Source: Macrostomum hystrix
Taxonomy: Eukaryota; Animalia; Platyhelminthes
Reading direction: 5' to 3'
NCBI GenBank assembly: GCA_950097015.1
Contig: CATNEN010000001.1
Coordinates: forward strand, 4,836,001-4,900,000
Length of the DNA: 64,000 nucleotides
This document shows positions 26,001 through 37,182 of this stretch, piece by piece (position 1 is the first letter of the stretch; each line of letters begins with the position of its first letter). The position numbers and the translations under genes are program-made. The notes below the pieces were generated by a model, which ran no database searches, had not been told where the DNA came from, and worked only from the letters and a program-made list of their open reading frames with translations.

Positions 26001-29000
26001 ATGAGGTTTGTGCCATAGACAATATCAGAGGAAGACTAGCCTGAGGAAGATGAAGCTTGTGCCATAGACAATATCAGAGGAAGACTAGCCTGAGGTAGAT
26101 GAGGCTTGTGCCATAGACAATATCAGAGGAAGGCTAGCCTGAGGTAGATGAGGGTTGTGCCATAGACAATCAGCTGAGTGGCTTTTTTGTGTGCCTAAAA
26201 GTTATGCTTTGGCTATTTTTGGAGCTTCAAAATGCATTGCATAGAGAACCGCTGACCTCAGGGAATTTGCATTAGAAAAAGAAATTTCAGGTGAAAGCCA
26301 ACTTCACTAACAGTAATTTCTTGGTACTAGCTCATTGCCCGGCCATTCCAATTGTAATATAGCATCGTTACCTTTCTGCACTTAGGCAGGAAACAGGAAA
26401 TGTGGTGAAAGGAAGAATCAGCTGCATCATTCGTTTCTTGCAAATTTTATCGATTAATCAAAATCCAATGATTATTACTGTCCGTCTCTCTCTTCCCTAA
26501 ACTCCGTCTGCTTGTCCTACTGTCATCTAATTTCGCTAGAAATTTTTACATGAGTAGATAGTGCGTAGATATTTAACGTAATCCCAAGCACTGATGACTT
26601 CCTATAATATTAGAATTCACTGATCCACCGAGGCTAAACTAGCAATCCATTCAAATTATTGATCCACCGAGGCTAGACTAGCAATCCATTCACATTATTG
26701 ATCCACCGAGGCTAGACTAGCAATCCATTCAAATTATTGATCCACCGAGGCTAGACTAGCAATCCATTCAAATTATTGATCCGCCGAGGCTAGACTAGCA
26801 ATCCAATCAAATTATTGATCCACCGAGGCTAGACTAGCAATCCATTCAAATTATTGATCCGCCGAGGCTAGACTAGCAATCCATTCAAATTATTGATCCA
26901 CCGAGGCTAGACTAGCAATCCATTCAAATTATTGATCCACCGAGGCTAGACTAGCAATCCATTCAAATTATTGATCCACCGAGGCTAGACTAGCAATCCA
27001 ATCAAATTATTGATCCACCGAGGCTAGACTAGCAATCCATTCAAATTATTGATCCACCGAGGCTAGACTAGCAATCCAATCAAATTATTGATCCACCGAG
27101 GCTAGACTAGCAATCCAATCAAATTATTGATCCACCGAGGCTAGACTAGCAATCCAATCAAATTATTGATCCGCCGAGGCTAGACTAGCAATCCATTCAA
27201 ATTATTGATCCACCGAGGCTAGACTAGCAATCCATTCAAATTATTGATCCACCGAGGCTAGACTAGCAATCCAATCAAATTATTGATCCACCGAGGCTAG
27301 ACTAGCAATCCAATCAAATTATTGATCCACCGAGGCTAGACTAGCAATCCATTCAAATTATTGATCCACCGAGGCTAGACTAGCAATCCAATCAAATTAT
27401 TGATCCACCGAGGCTAGACTAGCAATCCATTCAAATTATTGATCCGCCGAGGCTAGACTAGCAATCCATTCAAATTATTGATCCACCGAGGCTAGACTAG
27501 CAATCCATTCAAATTATTGATCCACCGAGGCTAGACTAGCAATCCATTCAAATTATTGATCCACCGAGGCTAGACTAGCAATCCAATCAAATTATTGATC
27601 CACCGAGGCTAGACTAGCAATCCATTCAAATTATTGATCCACCGAGGCTAGACTAGCAATCCAATCAAATTATTGATCCACCGAGGCTAGACTAGCAATC
27701 CAATCAAATTATTGATCCACCGAGGCTAGACTAGCAATCCAATCAAATTATTGATCCACCGAGGCTAGACTAGCAATCCATTCAAATTATTGATCCACCG
27801 AGGCTAGACTAGCAATCCAATCAAATTATTGATCCGCCGAGGCTAGACTAGCAATCCATTCAAATTATTGATCCACCGAGGCTAGACTAGCAATCCATTC
27901 AAATTATTGATCCACCGAGGCTAGACTAGCAATCCAATCAAATTATTGATCCACCGAGGCTAGACTAGCAATCCATTCAAATTATTGATCCACCGAGGCT
28001 AGACTAGCAATCCAATCAAATTATTGATCCGCCGAGGCTAGACTAGCAATCCATTCAAATTATTGATCCACCGAGGCTAGACTAGCAATCCAATCAAATT
28101 ATTGATCCACCGAGGCTAGACTAGCAATCCATTCAAATTATTGATCCACCGAGGCTAGACTAGCAATCCATTCAAATTATTGATCCGCCGAGGCTAGACT
28201 AGCAATCCAATCAAATTATTGATCCACCGAGGCTAGACTAGCAATCCAATCAAATTATTGATCCACCGAGGCTAGACTAGCAATCCAATCTATATTATAA
28301 TCCACGAAAGCTAAAATAGACTCAAGGTGCTTAGACTATATAAAACAAGCCGTACTATAAAGCTTAGTTCGTGCCTAATAATCCATATGAGAGGCTATGA
28401 GTATACTTCAGCATTAACTATGAGTAGATCGGAAGGAAATTAAAAAAAATGGGAACAGTCGCTAGACCACGCACGCAGTGGGCACTCCACATACATAGGT
28501 GTACAGTGACCGCATTGCACAAAAACCTCTTTGCCTCCATCATCCCAAACTCAAATGATTTCTCTCCGCCCAGTTTTTGTCATTTACTGAACAGTTTTGT
28601 CAAATAACTTCCTGATTGATCTAGTTGGGAAACTGCGCGTGTACCTGCCTCTCACTGAAGTCTAGTCTGGCAATCATTTTCTGAGAAACGCTAGCCAAAA
28701 CTGGCACGCGAGTCACTTGAGCAGTTTGGCTTTGAGCAAAAACTGCATCAAACTTTGTTCTAGTCTCTGTTGAATTGCACCTGTCTCTTTGTCCAGAAAA
28801 AAAACATATTTTACTGAACACAACAGCGGCTAAAATTACCTGTCGAATTAATTAGCCAAGTTGGCAGACTGAAAGAAATGGCAAGTATTTGATTGATATT
28901 CCTACGAGGAATTCCTACAGCTCGTAGCTGTCCGGTTTTGTAGTTCTGCCACATTTTGCAAACAATGGAAAAGGTGTGTGAGGACTCATATATTGCGAAT

Positions 29001-29742
29001 CTAGAGATCCTACCATAAATCTCTAGAGATCCATGAATTAATCTCTAGAGATCCTTCCGTTAATCTCTAGAGATCCATCAATTAATCTCTAGAGATCCTA
29101 CCATAAATCTCTAGAGATCCTACCATAAATCTCTAGAGTTCCTACCATAAATCTCTAGAGATCCTACCATAAATCTCTAGAGATCCTACCATAAATCTCT
29201 AGAGATCCTACCATAAATCTCTAGAGATCCTACCATAAATCTCTAGAGATCCTACCATAAATCTCTAAAGCTCCTACCATAAATCTCTAGAGATCCTACC
29301 ACCAATCTCTAGAGATCCTACCACCAATCTCTAAAGCTCCTACCATAAATCTCTCAGATTCTCACAGAAGTCTTTAGAGGTTCTCACAGAAATCTCTAGA
29401 GATTTGGGTAGAAGCGTAAAGATTTCTATATAGTTAGAGTGGAAGTACACAACTTAAAATATATTATAATTAAAACGGAACGAAGCAATATTAGAGAAAT
29501 GCGAAGACAAAGCAATAATTAAAGGTAAAAAAAATATTTTTACGCAGCGAGACGTAAAAAAATATATTCAAACCGTTTTTTTTCCAGGATTTTCAGGAAG
29601 AAAGTATTTTCTAGCAATAGAAAGGCCAGTCGTATTCGCAGCAGTTGTCCCCTGTCCTTGTCCACACTAATCCACAAAAAAGTGTTGCACCCCAAACGCA
29701 AAGCCTGTTTTGCACAATTTTTCGACCAGTTCACACAACATC

Positions 29743-29774
<32 letters not shown>

Positions 29775-32700
29775 TGCTGCTGGAACAATTTCATTTCGCA
29801 CCAAGCCTTTTCATCCCTGCTCGCTTCCTACCGCAAGCGGAAAACTGCCCCATTCCGTCCAGCCGGCGAAAGTTTAGTTCCCTGTTTTTTAACGCCTGTT
29901 TTGTTTTCGTGTCAATCAAACTCCGCCGGCCCCGACTAAACTGCTAGAGAGAGATTCTCTGTAAGCCTGCATTATGGAGGCCGAGTTGATGTCGATTCCA
30001 GAGTCCAACCCCCCCCCCCAGTCCAGTCCGCTACCGCCATTTGTCTTGTCCGTTTGTTGGGTGGCGGGCGACTTTTCGGTTTTTTGTTTAACTGGCTGCT
30101 CGCAAACTTCTGTGCGGGCCCTGACCAACACCCACGGACACCCCTTCATCAATTCACTTATTGAAATGCATATTGGCTAAATAGGCGCCTTTCATTGTCA
30201 CTGTTTGACTGTTTGATTGATGACTGCGGAATAGATCTATTCTATTCCCCGTCTCCCCGTCTACCCTTTCCCCTCCCTCTTCGCTCTCTCTAGCCTCTCC
30301 CCTTTCTCCCCATTTTCTCCAACAGTCTCTCCCTGCGTCATCTCTTAAACCGATTTTCTGTTTATCTTATCAACTATTTTTGGGATTCTGTTTTCTGTCT
30401 GGCTAACAAAATGAAAATGTGCAGATTGTGTAAAAAATCCCAAAATCAGACGGGTTGTTTAGCAGAAAAAATTGATACTTTAAGATTCCTATTCAGCAGC
30501 AGCGGCGGCACACAGAATCTCAACCCAAGAAATGAAGCAGGTTAAACCTGGAAGACAGAAATGAGAGACATATATTCTGCTTTCCTGGCGCTCTCTCTCC
30601 TCGATGGTGTCAAAAAACAGGCCCGCTACGACGACCTGTTTTCTGGACTGAAGGGGCCGTATTGTCTGCTCCTGTACTGTAGCCACATTATATTTACAAT
30701 AAGTATTACTTTTTTTTCGATCGGATCCCCATTTCACCAGGATTTATCCTCAACCAGCAGTTCTCACAGCTCCCAACTGAGCCACTGCTCACTTTTCATT
30801 TTCTTGCTCTCCTCACTCGGCCGACCCGTATCGGTCTGCTAAACAGAAAGAGAGAGAGCGAGGGGGGTTCTTCAATTTATTGGGACTCTCTCAGCTTAAC
30901 AAAAAACCAGCTGGCAATAGTAAACAATCCTAGATTAAATTTTGGATCGTAAAATATATAAATAAAAAGATCTGTGCAATTTGAGAGTGAAAGCGCCTTC
31001 AGAAAGACACTTGTTAACCTGTTAGCAGTTTACACATGATGTGTGAGTCATCGCGCTGAATTATCTATTTTGCTTTTGTACTGCTTGTTCATTGGTTGAG
31101 GCTCCGGGTTTGGTCGCCCACCCCATGCCGAATCTTCGTCTCTCGAGCAGCCACCCCACTCCACTACCACTGTACATTTTAGCGTCGGTTAAACAGTGCC
31201 AAAAATCGATCGACCAAAGTAGTCCATAGACTGAGTGGCTGTACACAGTCTCTACATTTTGAGCCAAACTGCATTGTTTAGTTATATATTTTTTTATCTA
31301 CAGATTATAATAATAAATATAATTGCCGAAGGGCAGCGGGCAATGGCGTATCATGGTGACACTAGACCCGCAGCAGGCAATTCTGCCCATTTCGGTGACT
31401 CCTGAGCACACACGCACACAGATATCGTACGCAGGCACACGCTCACACAGGTGTGTACATCTGCCCTGACTTTCTCATCGTCAGGAAGTGTACACTTCAC
31501 TGAGCCTTATAGGTTGGCCCTCAAGGGCGTAAATTGCACGAAAAGCCGCCAAGCCTTCTCTCCGCGGCTGCGCCCCAAATAAATGTGGCCTCGCCGCGGA
31601 ATCGAGCTCAGGGACCTTGGTGCGAAAGGCAGATGCGTTAGACCGCTCTGTCACTCACCCACAATCTACCAATAGATAATCCGAGACATCGTATAGGTGG
31701 CGCAGGAGGTGCTTACCTCCTTATTGACAAAGCCTCATTCTCAACCCATGCCGCATCGCAGGATCTGGTGTACTGTGAGCAGTCCTGCACCCGGCTGCGC
31801 TCGTTTGCTCTGAACCGGCCCGGCTCCTGTCCGGCTGCCACGGATCCGCGAACCATCGCCTGCAGCGCCGCCTGCTCAACAGACATGGACTGCGTCTACG
31901 CCGAGGGCTACAAGTGCTGCAACACCGGCCTCTGTCGGGCCTGCCGACCTCCGGCGCCGTCGCGACAGCCGCTCGCGCTGCCGAGGTCGCCGACGCCCAG
32001 CCTGGTGAAGGTTCCCGGCGGCAGCGGCCTACTGCTTACCTGGCCATACGCCAATGCGACTAATGAGCATAGACTCAAGGAGCCTATTGTGTACGCCGTG
32101 CAAGCTCGCTACATGGTTGGTCGCAGGTTCGAATCCGGCCGGGCCAGCAGCTGGCGCAACGTCAGCCTGGTTGCCAGCAACGAAGTGGCCGTTGAAGAGG
32201 TCCGGACTGGGCACAATTATCAGTTCCGCGTGGCCGCTGTCACCCGGCTGGGCACAATGGGATTTGGGCCGCCGTCCGAGCCCTACTTGAGCGGCTCCCA
32301 GCCTCAGGCGCCAGGTGCTCCCAGTCTGCTCAGCCAAGGCCAGCTGAGAATCAGCTACTCAAGCGGCCGGGTCAGCGTGTGGGTCCATTGGAAACCGCCC
32401 TCCCAGAGCGAACTGCCCGTGCAGCTGTACAAGGTGAGAGGGTATATTCTATGAAGTTTGGGATTTGAGTAGAGATATTCTTATTTAGGTTTGTCATTTG
32501 AGAAGGGTTGTTACTTTTCCAAAAAACATTTCTCCCACCCAATCTCAGATTCGTTGGACCAAGGATCTGGGATTCGTGAATTCGCACGGCTCAGTGTTGT
32601 CTGTGACTCGATTCAGCAACTCCAGGCCTGGGGTGAGTATACCAATTGCTGCTCAGTCACCTGGTCTCAATTTAAATCGATAATTAAGACACGAAACAAA

Positions 32701-35700
32701 AACAAATGCTTTCCAGAATGCTCGAAGCTATTTGATTGAAAATTTGGAGCGAGGAACTTCCTACAAGGTTGAGGTGAGAACAAAAACTATTTACAAACTA
32801 GAATTTTTTATCATTTTTCTCGCAGTTTTCTTTGCATTTTTCAACACATATCGGCTTGCTTTTCACTTCCTTCTCGTCAGATCCCATTTATTTATTGTTT
32901 TATTTCTCCCAATCTCTGTGGCATTCCCAGAGGCTCGTAAAATTAGTCATAGTATTTTTATTGCTTTGAGCCCTAAAAAGTCACGCCTGTGAATATCACT
33001 TTATATTTATTGGGGGGTTTCAATTGTATGACCGGTAAAGCTTCGGCAATTATGGCATGGTGCCTACGTTGGCATTGTAAAGCAGCTGGAATGCTTGGCG
33101 TGGGAGAAATAGTCATAATTACATAATTGGATGGATTATCTGGGCAGTTTGAAGTATATTTTTTATTCCTTGTAATATTTTTTATCTATCAAACTGAACT
33201 TTAGTTCTTAGCATCGAAATATGCCACTTATAGTAAGCAATTGAGAAACGTTTTTTATTAGCATTAAAAAAAATCAAAATGCCTTTCAAACTAGCGACCT
33301 TCTATTCATCAATTCGACGCATGACCCAGGATCTGAGACACAGGAAAAATGAGATGTTGGGGGAATGAGACACGGGATGAGACATGGGAGAGATGAGACA
33401 TGGGAGAGATGAGACATGGGAGAGATGAGACACGGGAGAGATGAGACACGGGAGAGATGGGACATGGGAGAGATGACACACGGGAGAGATGAGATACGGG
33501 AAAGATGAGACAGTACGGGTTAGTCATAGACAATGCTGAATCGAATCCACAACCTGTCAACAACTTCCAAAGATCCGCGCTGCTTCATTCTGGGGCGATG
33601 AGACGCTGCTGGGCCCGCCAAACAGCATCTATGTGAGCACGCCTCATCTTGAGTCCGGTGGCAATGCTCTGCAGCCTCAGCAGCCGCCTCATCCTGACTC
33701 AGCTGTCTCATCATCTCGGTCTTCGCTAAATAACAACGACGAGGCCTGCTCAACGGCTGCTTCAGCGTCCAGTTACGACGCTGCTGAGCCTCACGAAGGA
33801 CCTCAGCAGACGGCGCCTGCCGCCCCCGCCACGGCCACACCGCTGCACATTCAGCCGCCAATTTACGAGGACAGCCAGCTGACAATCCAGATGCTCATTC
33901 TGGGCGTGTCGGTTGGCAGCGAGGAGACACTGTACCGAGTGCAGTGGCGCCGCCGGGTCTGCATCGACACACCCGGAAATGGCAAACTGTTCACAATGAC
34001 TGTGGTGGCCCAGGTGAGACTGCCGCACCTGCCTACTTCTCTGATTCCATCGAATCCTCATTCTTCAGCCTCACACCATCCTAAATGCCCTGTCAATTCG
34101 GATTGAAAAAAACTAGACTATCGCTAACTCGCTTAATTCCCCATTGAATTATTCTCAGAGCGGCTACTTCAAACTCACTGAGCTGCAATTCAACTGCCGC
34201 TACTGGGTCAGGCTGACACCTATCGATTCAACGTCTGGCTACCGGCTGCGGAACATCACCGCCTGCTTCCGGACGCCCTCCTGCGACGAAGTGAAAGTTG
34301 CTGCCGGGTCAGTGCCACCGGAACAATGTCCCGCAGCTTTGGGTAAGCTTTGATTTTGATCTCGATTCCCATCCTTAATCCAATACTAAATCCCATCACT
34401 CAGTCCCGTCCTCAATCCCATCCTCATCTCAGCCTAAATCCCATATTTAATCCCATACTCAGTCCCATACTCAATCCCTTTCTCAACCCCATACTCAATC
34501 CCATGCTTAATACCGTACTCAATCCCGTCCTCAATCCCATCCTCATCTCAGCCTAAATCCCATATTTAATCCCATACTCAGTCCCATACTCAATCCCATC
34601 CTGAATCCCATACTCAATCCCATCCTGAATCCCATATTCAATCCTATCCTGAATCGAATACTCAATCCCATCCTGAATCCCATCCTGAATCCCATATTCA
34701 ATCCTATCCTGAATCGAATACTCAATCCCATCCTGAATCCCATCCTGAATCCTATACTCAATCCCATCCTGAATCCCATCCTGAATCCCATCCTGAATCC
34801 CATACTCAATCCCATCCTGAATCCCATCCTGAATCTCATCCTGAATCCCATCCTGAATCCCATACTCAATCCCATCCTGAATCCCATCCTGAATCCTATC
34901 CTCCAGCCCAAACTGTTTCCAACTTTCAGAGGCCCAAACACCCGAGCGGCCAGGCCGCATCCACGTGAGCCAACTCGGCGTTCAACCCGACGGTGGCGGC
35001 TTGAGCTATCGAATCGCCTGGACACCGGCTAGGCCATCGAAAATGCCGGCCTCTTTAACTGACGCGTCGTCATCCTATCCGAGGCATCGACAGCCGCCGA
35101 CCATCAGCGGCTACTGCATCGTCTGGGGTCCGCGACTTGACGAACCAGTCAGCCAGTCCAGCTATCTGACTGCCGGCGGCGGTAATGGAGCTCCGGGCGA
35201 GCCCATTCAGCTGGGCTCCGGCGCAGCTGTGCCTCCTGGCAGTCAGGCTGGCCCCGATAGAAGAGTCAGCGCTGGCTTATATCCGCAGATGGATCCTGAC
35301 AAGGCCATCACTAGGGTGCTGGGCCGGGTGAGTCGGCTGCTCTGGCTTCCAATTTCTGATGCAAAATAGATTTCAATGTTTTACCGCCTCCGTTAAACTC
35401 CTTCAGGCCAACACCAGCTTAGTCATTCGCGACCTACGCCCAGGCACTCTGTACATTGTCCAGGTGCACAGTCAGGCATTTCACAACGGCCAGCTATTAG
35501 TCAGTCCTAGCAGTTCCTATTTCTTTGCCACGCCGCCCGGCGTTGGAAACGATGGCAACGATGGCCAAAGTCAATCTTTTCCTAGCGGTGGAGCTAGCGG
35601 TGAGTCTTGTGACATTGGATTTCTTGAGAGATATCTCTAGATTTCTCGTGGGGAATCCCTAGATTTATTGAGGGAAATCTCTACTTTTCTTGAAGGGAAA

Positions 35701-36493
35701 TCTGTAGATTTCTCGAGGGGAATCCCTAAACTTCTTGAGTTAAATCTCTAGGTTTCTTGAGGGGAATCCCTAGATTTCTTTAGAGGAATCCCAAGATTTA
35801 TTGAGGGCAATCTCTACTTTTCTTGAAGGGAAATCTCTAGGTTTCTTGAAGGGAAATCTCTAGATTTCTTTAGAGGAATCCCAAGATTTATTGAGGGAAA
35901 TCTCTACTTTTCTTGAAGGGAAATCTCTAGGTTTCTCGAGGGGAATCCCTATATTTATTGAGGGAAATCTCTACTTTTATTGAAGGGAAATTTGTAGATT
36001 TCTCGAGGGGAATCCCTACACTTCTTGAGTTAAATCTCTAGGTTTCTTGAGGGGAATCCCTACACTTCTTGAGTTAAATCTCTAGGTTTCTCGAGAGGAA
36101 TCCCTACACTTCTTGAGTTAAATCTCTAGGTTTCTCGAGGGGAATCCCTACACTTCTTGAGTTAAATCTCTAGGTTTCTTGGGGGAATCCCTAGATTTCT
36201 TTAGAGGAATCCCAAGATTTATTGAGTGAAGCAGTCGATTTCTTCAAGGGAATCATTATATTTTTTGAGAGGAATGCCGAAATTTCTTGAAGTAAATATT
36301 TTGTTAAATTATTCCTAAATTATTATTCCTTTTAGCCGAGATAAGAAAATACGTACAGATAAACTCGGATCATCGGTTAACTTCCGCTAGCTCGGTAACA
36401 GCGGCACCCAGCTTAGCGACAACATCAGCTTTGCTACTAACAATGGCCTTGCTTAATAAATTGTCACTAGCTTTTCTCTACCACGGAGCATGA
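7060..36493 (+). CDS. ANOS1: Anosmin-1/KAL-1 homolog, 11 coding exons, about 853 aa (signal peptide, Cys-rich box, WAP, 4x FN3, hydrophobic C-terminus)
   Basis: join(7060..7287,23132..23221,25476..25532,31762..32433,32549..32632,32717..32773,33573..34013,34159..34342,34930..35327,35407..35599,36336..36493). All introns GT-AG with consistent phases; total 2562 nt. WAP (RPGSCP...KCCNTGLCRAC) followed by FN3 motifs EPIVYAVQ, YQFRVAAVTRLGTMGFGPPS, LPVQLYK match anosmin as recalled. Confidence 0.9.
7395..7962. repeat. Minisatellite, 44-bp unit CCCCAAACTCGATGCTGCAGAAGTGACACTCGGTTAGAATGAAT, about 13 copies
   Basis: Direct reading. Confidence 0.95.
10100..11160. repeat. Minisatellite, 21/23-bp unit CTCTCTCACCTTGCATCTCCCTT
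   Basis: Direct reading. Confidence 0.95.
13040..13340. repeat. Minisatellite, 32-bp unit GACAGGTGAGAGAGATTAGATTGCAGGAGATA
   Basis: Direct reading; degenerate copies back to about 12900. Confidence 0.9.
14155..14760. repeat. Minisatellite, 21-bp unit GTAGAGAGAGTAGACAGTGGG
   Basis: Direct reading. Confidence 0.95.
15335..15630 (+). mobile_element. Degenerate CORE-type SINE with (TTA/CTA)n tail
   Basis: B box GTTCGATTCC at 15384, then TGTGTCCTCTAGCAAGACAC resembling the CORE motif TGTGACCTTGGGCAAGTCAC; ends in a TTA microsatellite at 15571-15628. Confidence 0.45.
16600..17255. repeat. Minisatellite, 17-bp unit TTTTGAAGGCTTCCAGC
   Basis: Direct reading. Confidence 0.95.
17960..18890. repeat. 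Minisatellite, 21-bp unit GTAGAGAGGGAAGAATGTGTG
   Basis: Direct reading. Confidence 0.95.
19760..19940. repeat. Short minisatellite, about 21-bp unit TCTAGTTCTACCCCTCTTTTA
   Basis: Direct reading. Confidence 0.85.
22987..23023. repeat. (TAT)n microsatellite
   Basis: Direct reading. Confidence 0.9.
23132..23221 (+). CDS. ANOS1: anosmin exon 2 (90 nt)
   Basis: TTGCAG| ASNAARDLASLQGRPQQLMDFCSRSVSCRG |GTGAGT; C-x5-C spacing as in anosmin WCQNHKQC. Confidence 0.8.
23288..24065. repeat. Minisatellite, 14-bp unit CAGTCTACCCCATC
   Basis: Direct reading. Confidence 0.95.
25476..25532 (+). CDS. ANOS1: anosmin exon 3 (57 nt)
   Basis: TTTTAG| CLTATSFHPRLAVCQHDCK |GTAAAT; corresponds to CLEPC...CQSFCE. 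Confidence 0.75.
25690..26170. repeat. Minisatellite, 49-bp unit CTAGCCTGAGGAAGATGAAGCTTGTGCCATAGACAATATCAGAGGAAGG, about 10 copies
   Basis: Direct reading. Confidence 0.95.
26620..28300. repeat. Minisatellite, 39-bp unit TTATTGATCCACCGAGGCTAGACTAGCAATCCATTCAAA, about 43 copies
   Basis: Direct reading; highly homogeneous, no spacers. Confidence 0.97.
29000..29400. repeat. Minisatellite, 22-bp unit TCTCTAGAGATCCTACCATAAA
   Basis: Direct reading; contains palindrome ATCTCTAGAGAT. Confidence 0.95.
29743..29782. repeat. (GCT)n microsatellite
   Basis: Direct reading. Confidence 0.9.
31385..31660 (-). mobile_element. tRNA-derived SINE, copy A
   Basis: Minus strand starts GGGTGAGTGACAGAGCGG (A-box-like) ... 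GAGCTCGATTCC (B-box-like); aligns along its length with 51189-51425. Confidence 0.75.
31762..32433 (+). CDS. ANOS1: anosmin exon 4 (end of Cys box, WAP, FN3-1, start of FN3-2)
   Basis: CGCAG| DLVYCEQSC...8-Cys WAP...YQFRVAAV...WKPP...QLYK |GTGAGA. Confidence 0.95.
32549..32632 (+). CDS. ANOS1: anosmin exon 5
   Basis: CTCAG| IRWTKDLGFVNSHGSVLSVTRFSNSRPG |GTGAGT. Confidence 0.85.
32717..32773 (+). CDS. ANOS1: anosmin exon 6
   Basis: TTCCAG| NARSYLIENLERGTSYKVE |GTGAGA; FN3 LxxLxPxxxY-type motif. Confidence 0.9.
33330..33510. repeat. Minisatellite, 16-bp unit GAGACAYGGGAGAGAT
   Basis: Direct reading. Confidence 0.9.
33573..34013 (+). CDS. ANOS1: anosmin exon 7 (end of FN3-2, S/P/A-rich linker, start of FN3-3)
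   Basis: TCCAAAG| IRAASFWGDETLLG...YRVQWRRRVC...VVAQ |GTGAGA; acceptor is a weaker AAG. Confidence 0.85.
34159..34342 (+). CDS. ANOS1: anosmin exon 8
   Basis: TCTCAG| SGYFKLTELQFNCRYWVRL...FRTPSC...CPAAL G|GTAAGC, phase 1 exit. Confidence 0.9.
34360..34905. repeat. Minisatellite, 12-bp unit CTSAATCCCATM filling anosmin intron 8
   Basis: Direct reading. Confidence 0.9.
34930..35327 (+). CDS. ANOS1: anosmin exon 9 (FN3-4, N-terminal part)
   Basis: TTTCAG| (E)AQTPERPGRIHVS...YRIAWTP...ISGYCIVWG...TRVLGR |GTGAGT. Confidence 0.85.
35407..35599 (+). CDS. ANOS1: anosmin exon 10 (FN3-4, C-terminal part)
   Basis: CTTCAG| ANTSLVIRDLRPGTLYIVQV...FFATPP...GGAS G|GTGAGT. Confidence 0.9.
35630..36250. 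repeat. Degenerate about 22-bp minisatellite GAGGGAAATCTCTAGATTTCTT filling anosmin intron 10
   Basis: Direct reading. Confidence 0.85.
36336..36493 (+). CDS. ANOS1: anosmin exon 11 (terminal, hydrophobic tail)
   Basis: CCTTTTAG| (A)EIRKYVQINSDHRLTSASSVTAAPSLATTSALLLTMALLNKLSLAFLYHGA*; phase 1 matches exon 10. Confidence 0.75.
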
Positions 36494-37182
36494 GCACTCA
36501 ATTCCCCCGTCTCCCATTCTCTTACGTTGCCTGTTATCCGCCTATTGTGATAATCCCATCTTTGCACTCGTTACCGGCGAGGCTCCAACCAAAAAGAGTG
36601 CCAAAAATCGATCGAGAAATCTAAAAATAGCACGGGGAACCCCCCGGTACTTAATTTGTTATCGCTTGCAATCCATTTTGCCCATAAAAAACAAACTTGA
36701 TGCATGTTTCTCTACTTTACTCTTAGTAGTGCTGACGAGTCGCTTTTGCAATGCAGTTAGTTTGTAAATAATTTCACTGCTAATTTCCTTTTGCAACTAC
36801 TCATAGTAGATTAATCTGTCTTTTCGAACTAGAAAGTACCATTGATGTTTTGACAAGCTATCTTAGTTATTACCGGCTATTTACTGTATGCCTCGCGTTG
36901 TCTCAGGGCTTTCTCTGTTAAGTTTGTTAAGTCGTAATTTAAGAACTTTTTCACCAGCTTTCATTGCACATTTGACGACTTTCGCACTGACAGTGTGTCA
37001 AACTAGGAAGCCTAATTTTGAATTCCCTTTCTAGTACTCGTAGTATCTATGAGCAACTAGTAAACATGAGTTTGTTTTCGTTTTCTCCTGCTTCATTATT
37101 TTACTTGTGCAATGCAGCTTGTTGCATTATGTCATCCATGGGCAGTGCTCCCCATGCCCTCTGTAACTGCTGCGACAGTCTG

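Noticed and set aside
26620-28300. CRISPR-like appearance of the 39-bp (also 44- and 49-bp) regular repeats
   Set aside because: Units are head-to-tail with no unique spacers, no cas genes, and a eukaryotic intron context.
31385-31490. Hammerhead-ribozyme-like words in the SINE (CTGACGA...GAAA; CTCAGGAG-TCAC-CGAAA)
   Set aside because: Stems II and III and an NUH cleavage site cannot be formed, and core nucleotides mismatch in both copies. An Infernal search on the family consensus would settle it.
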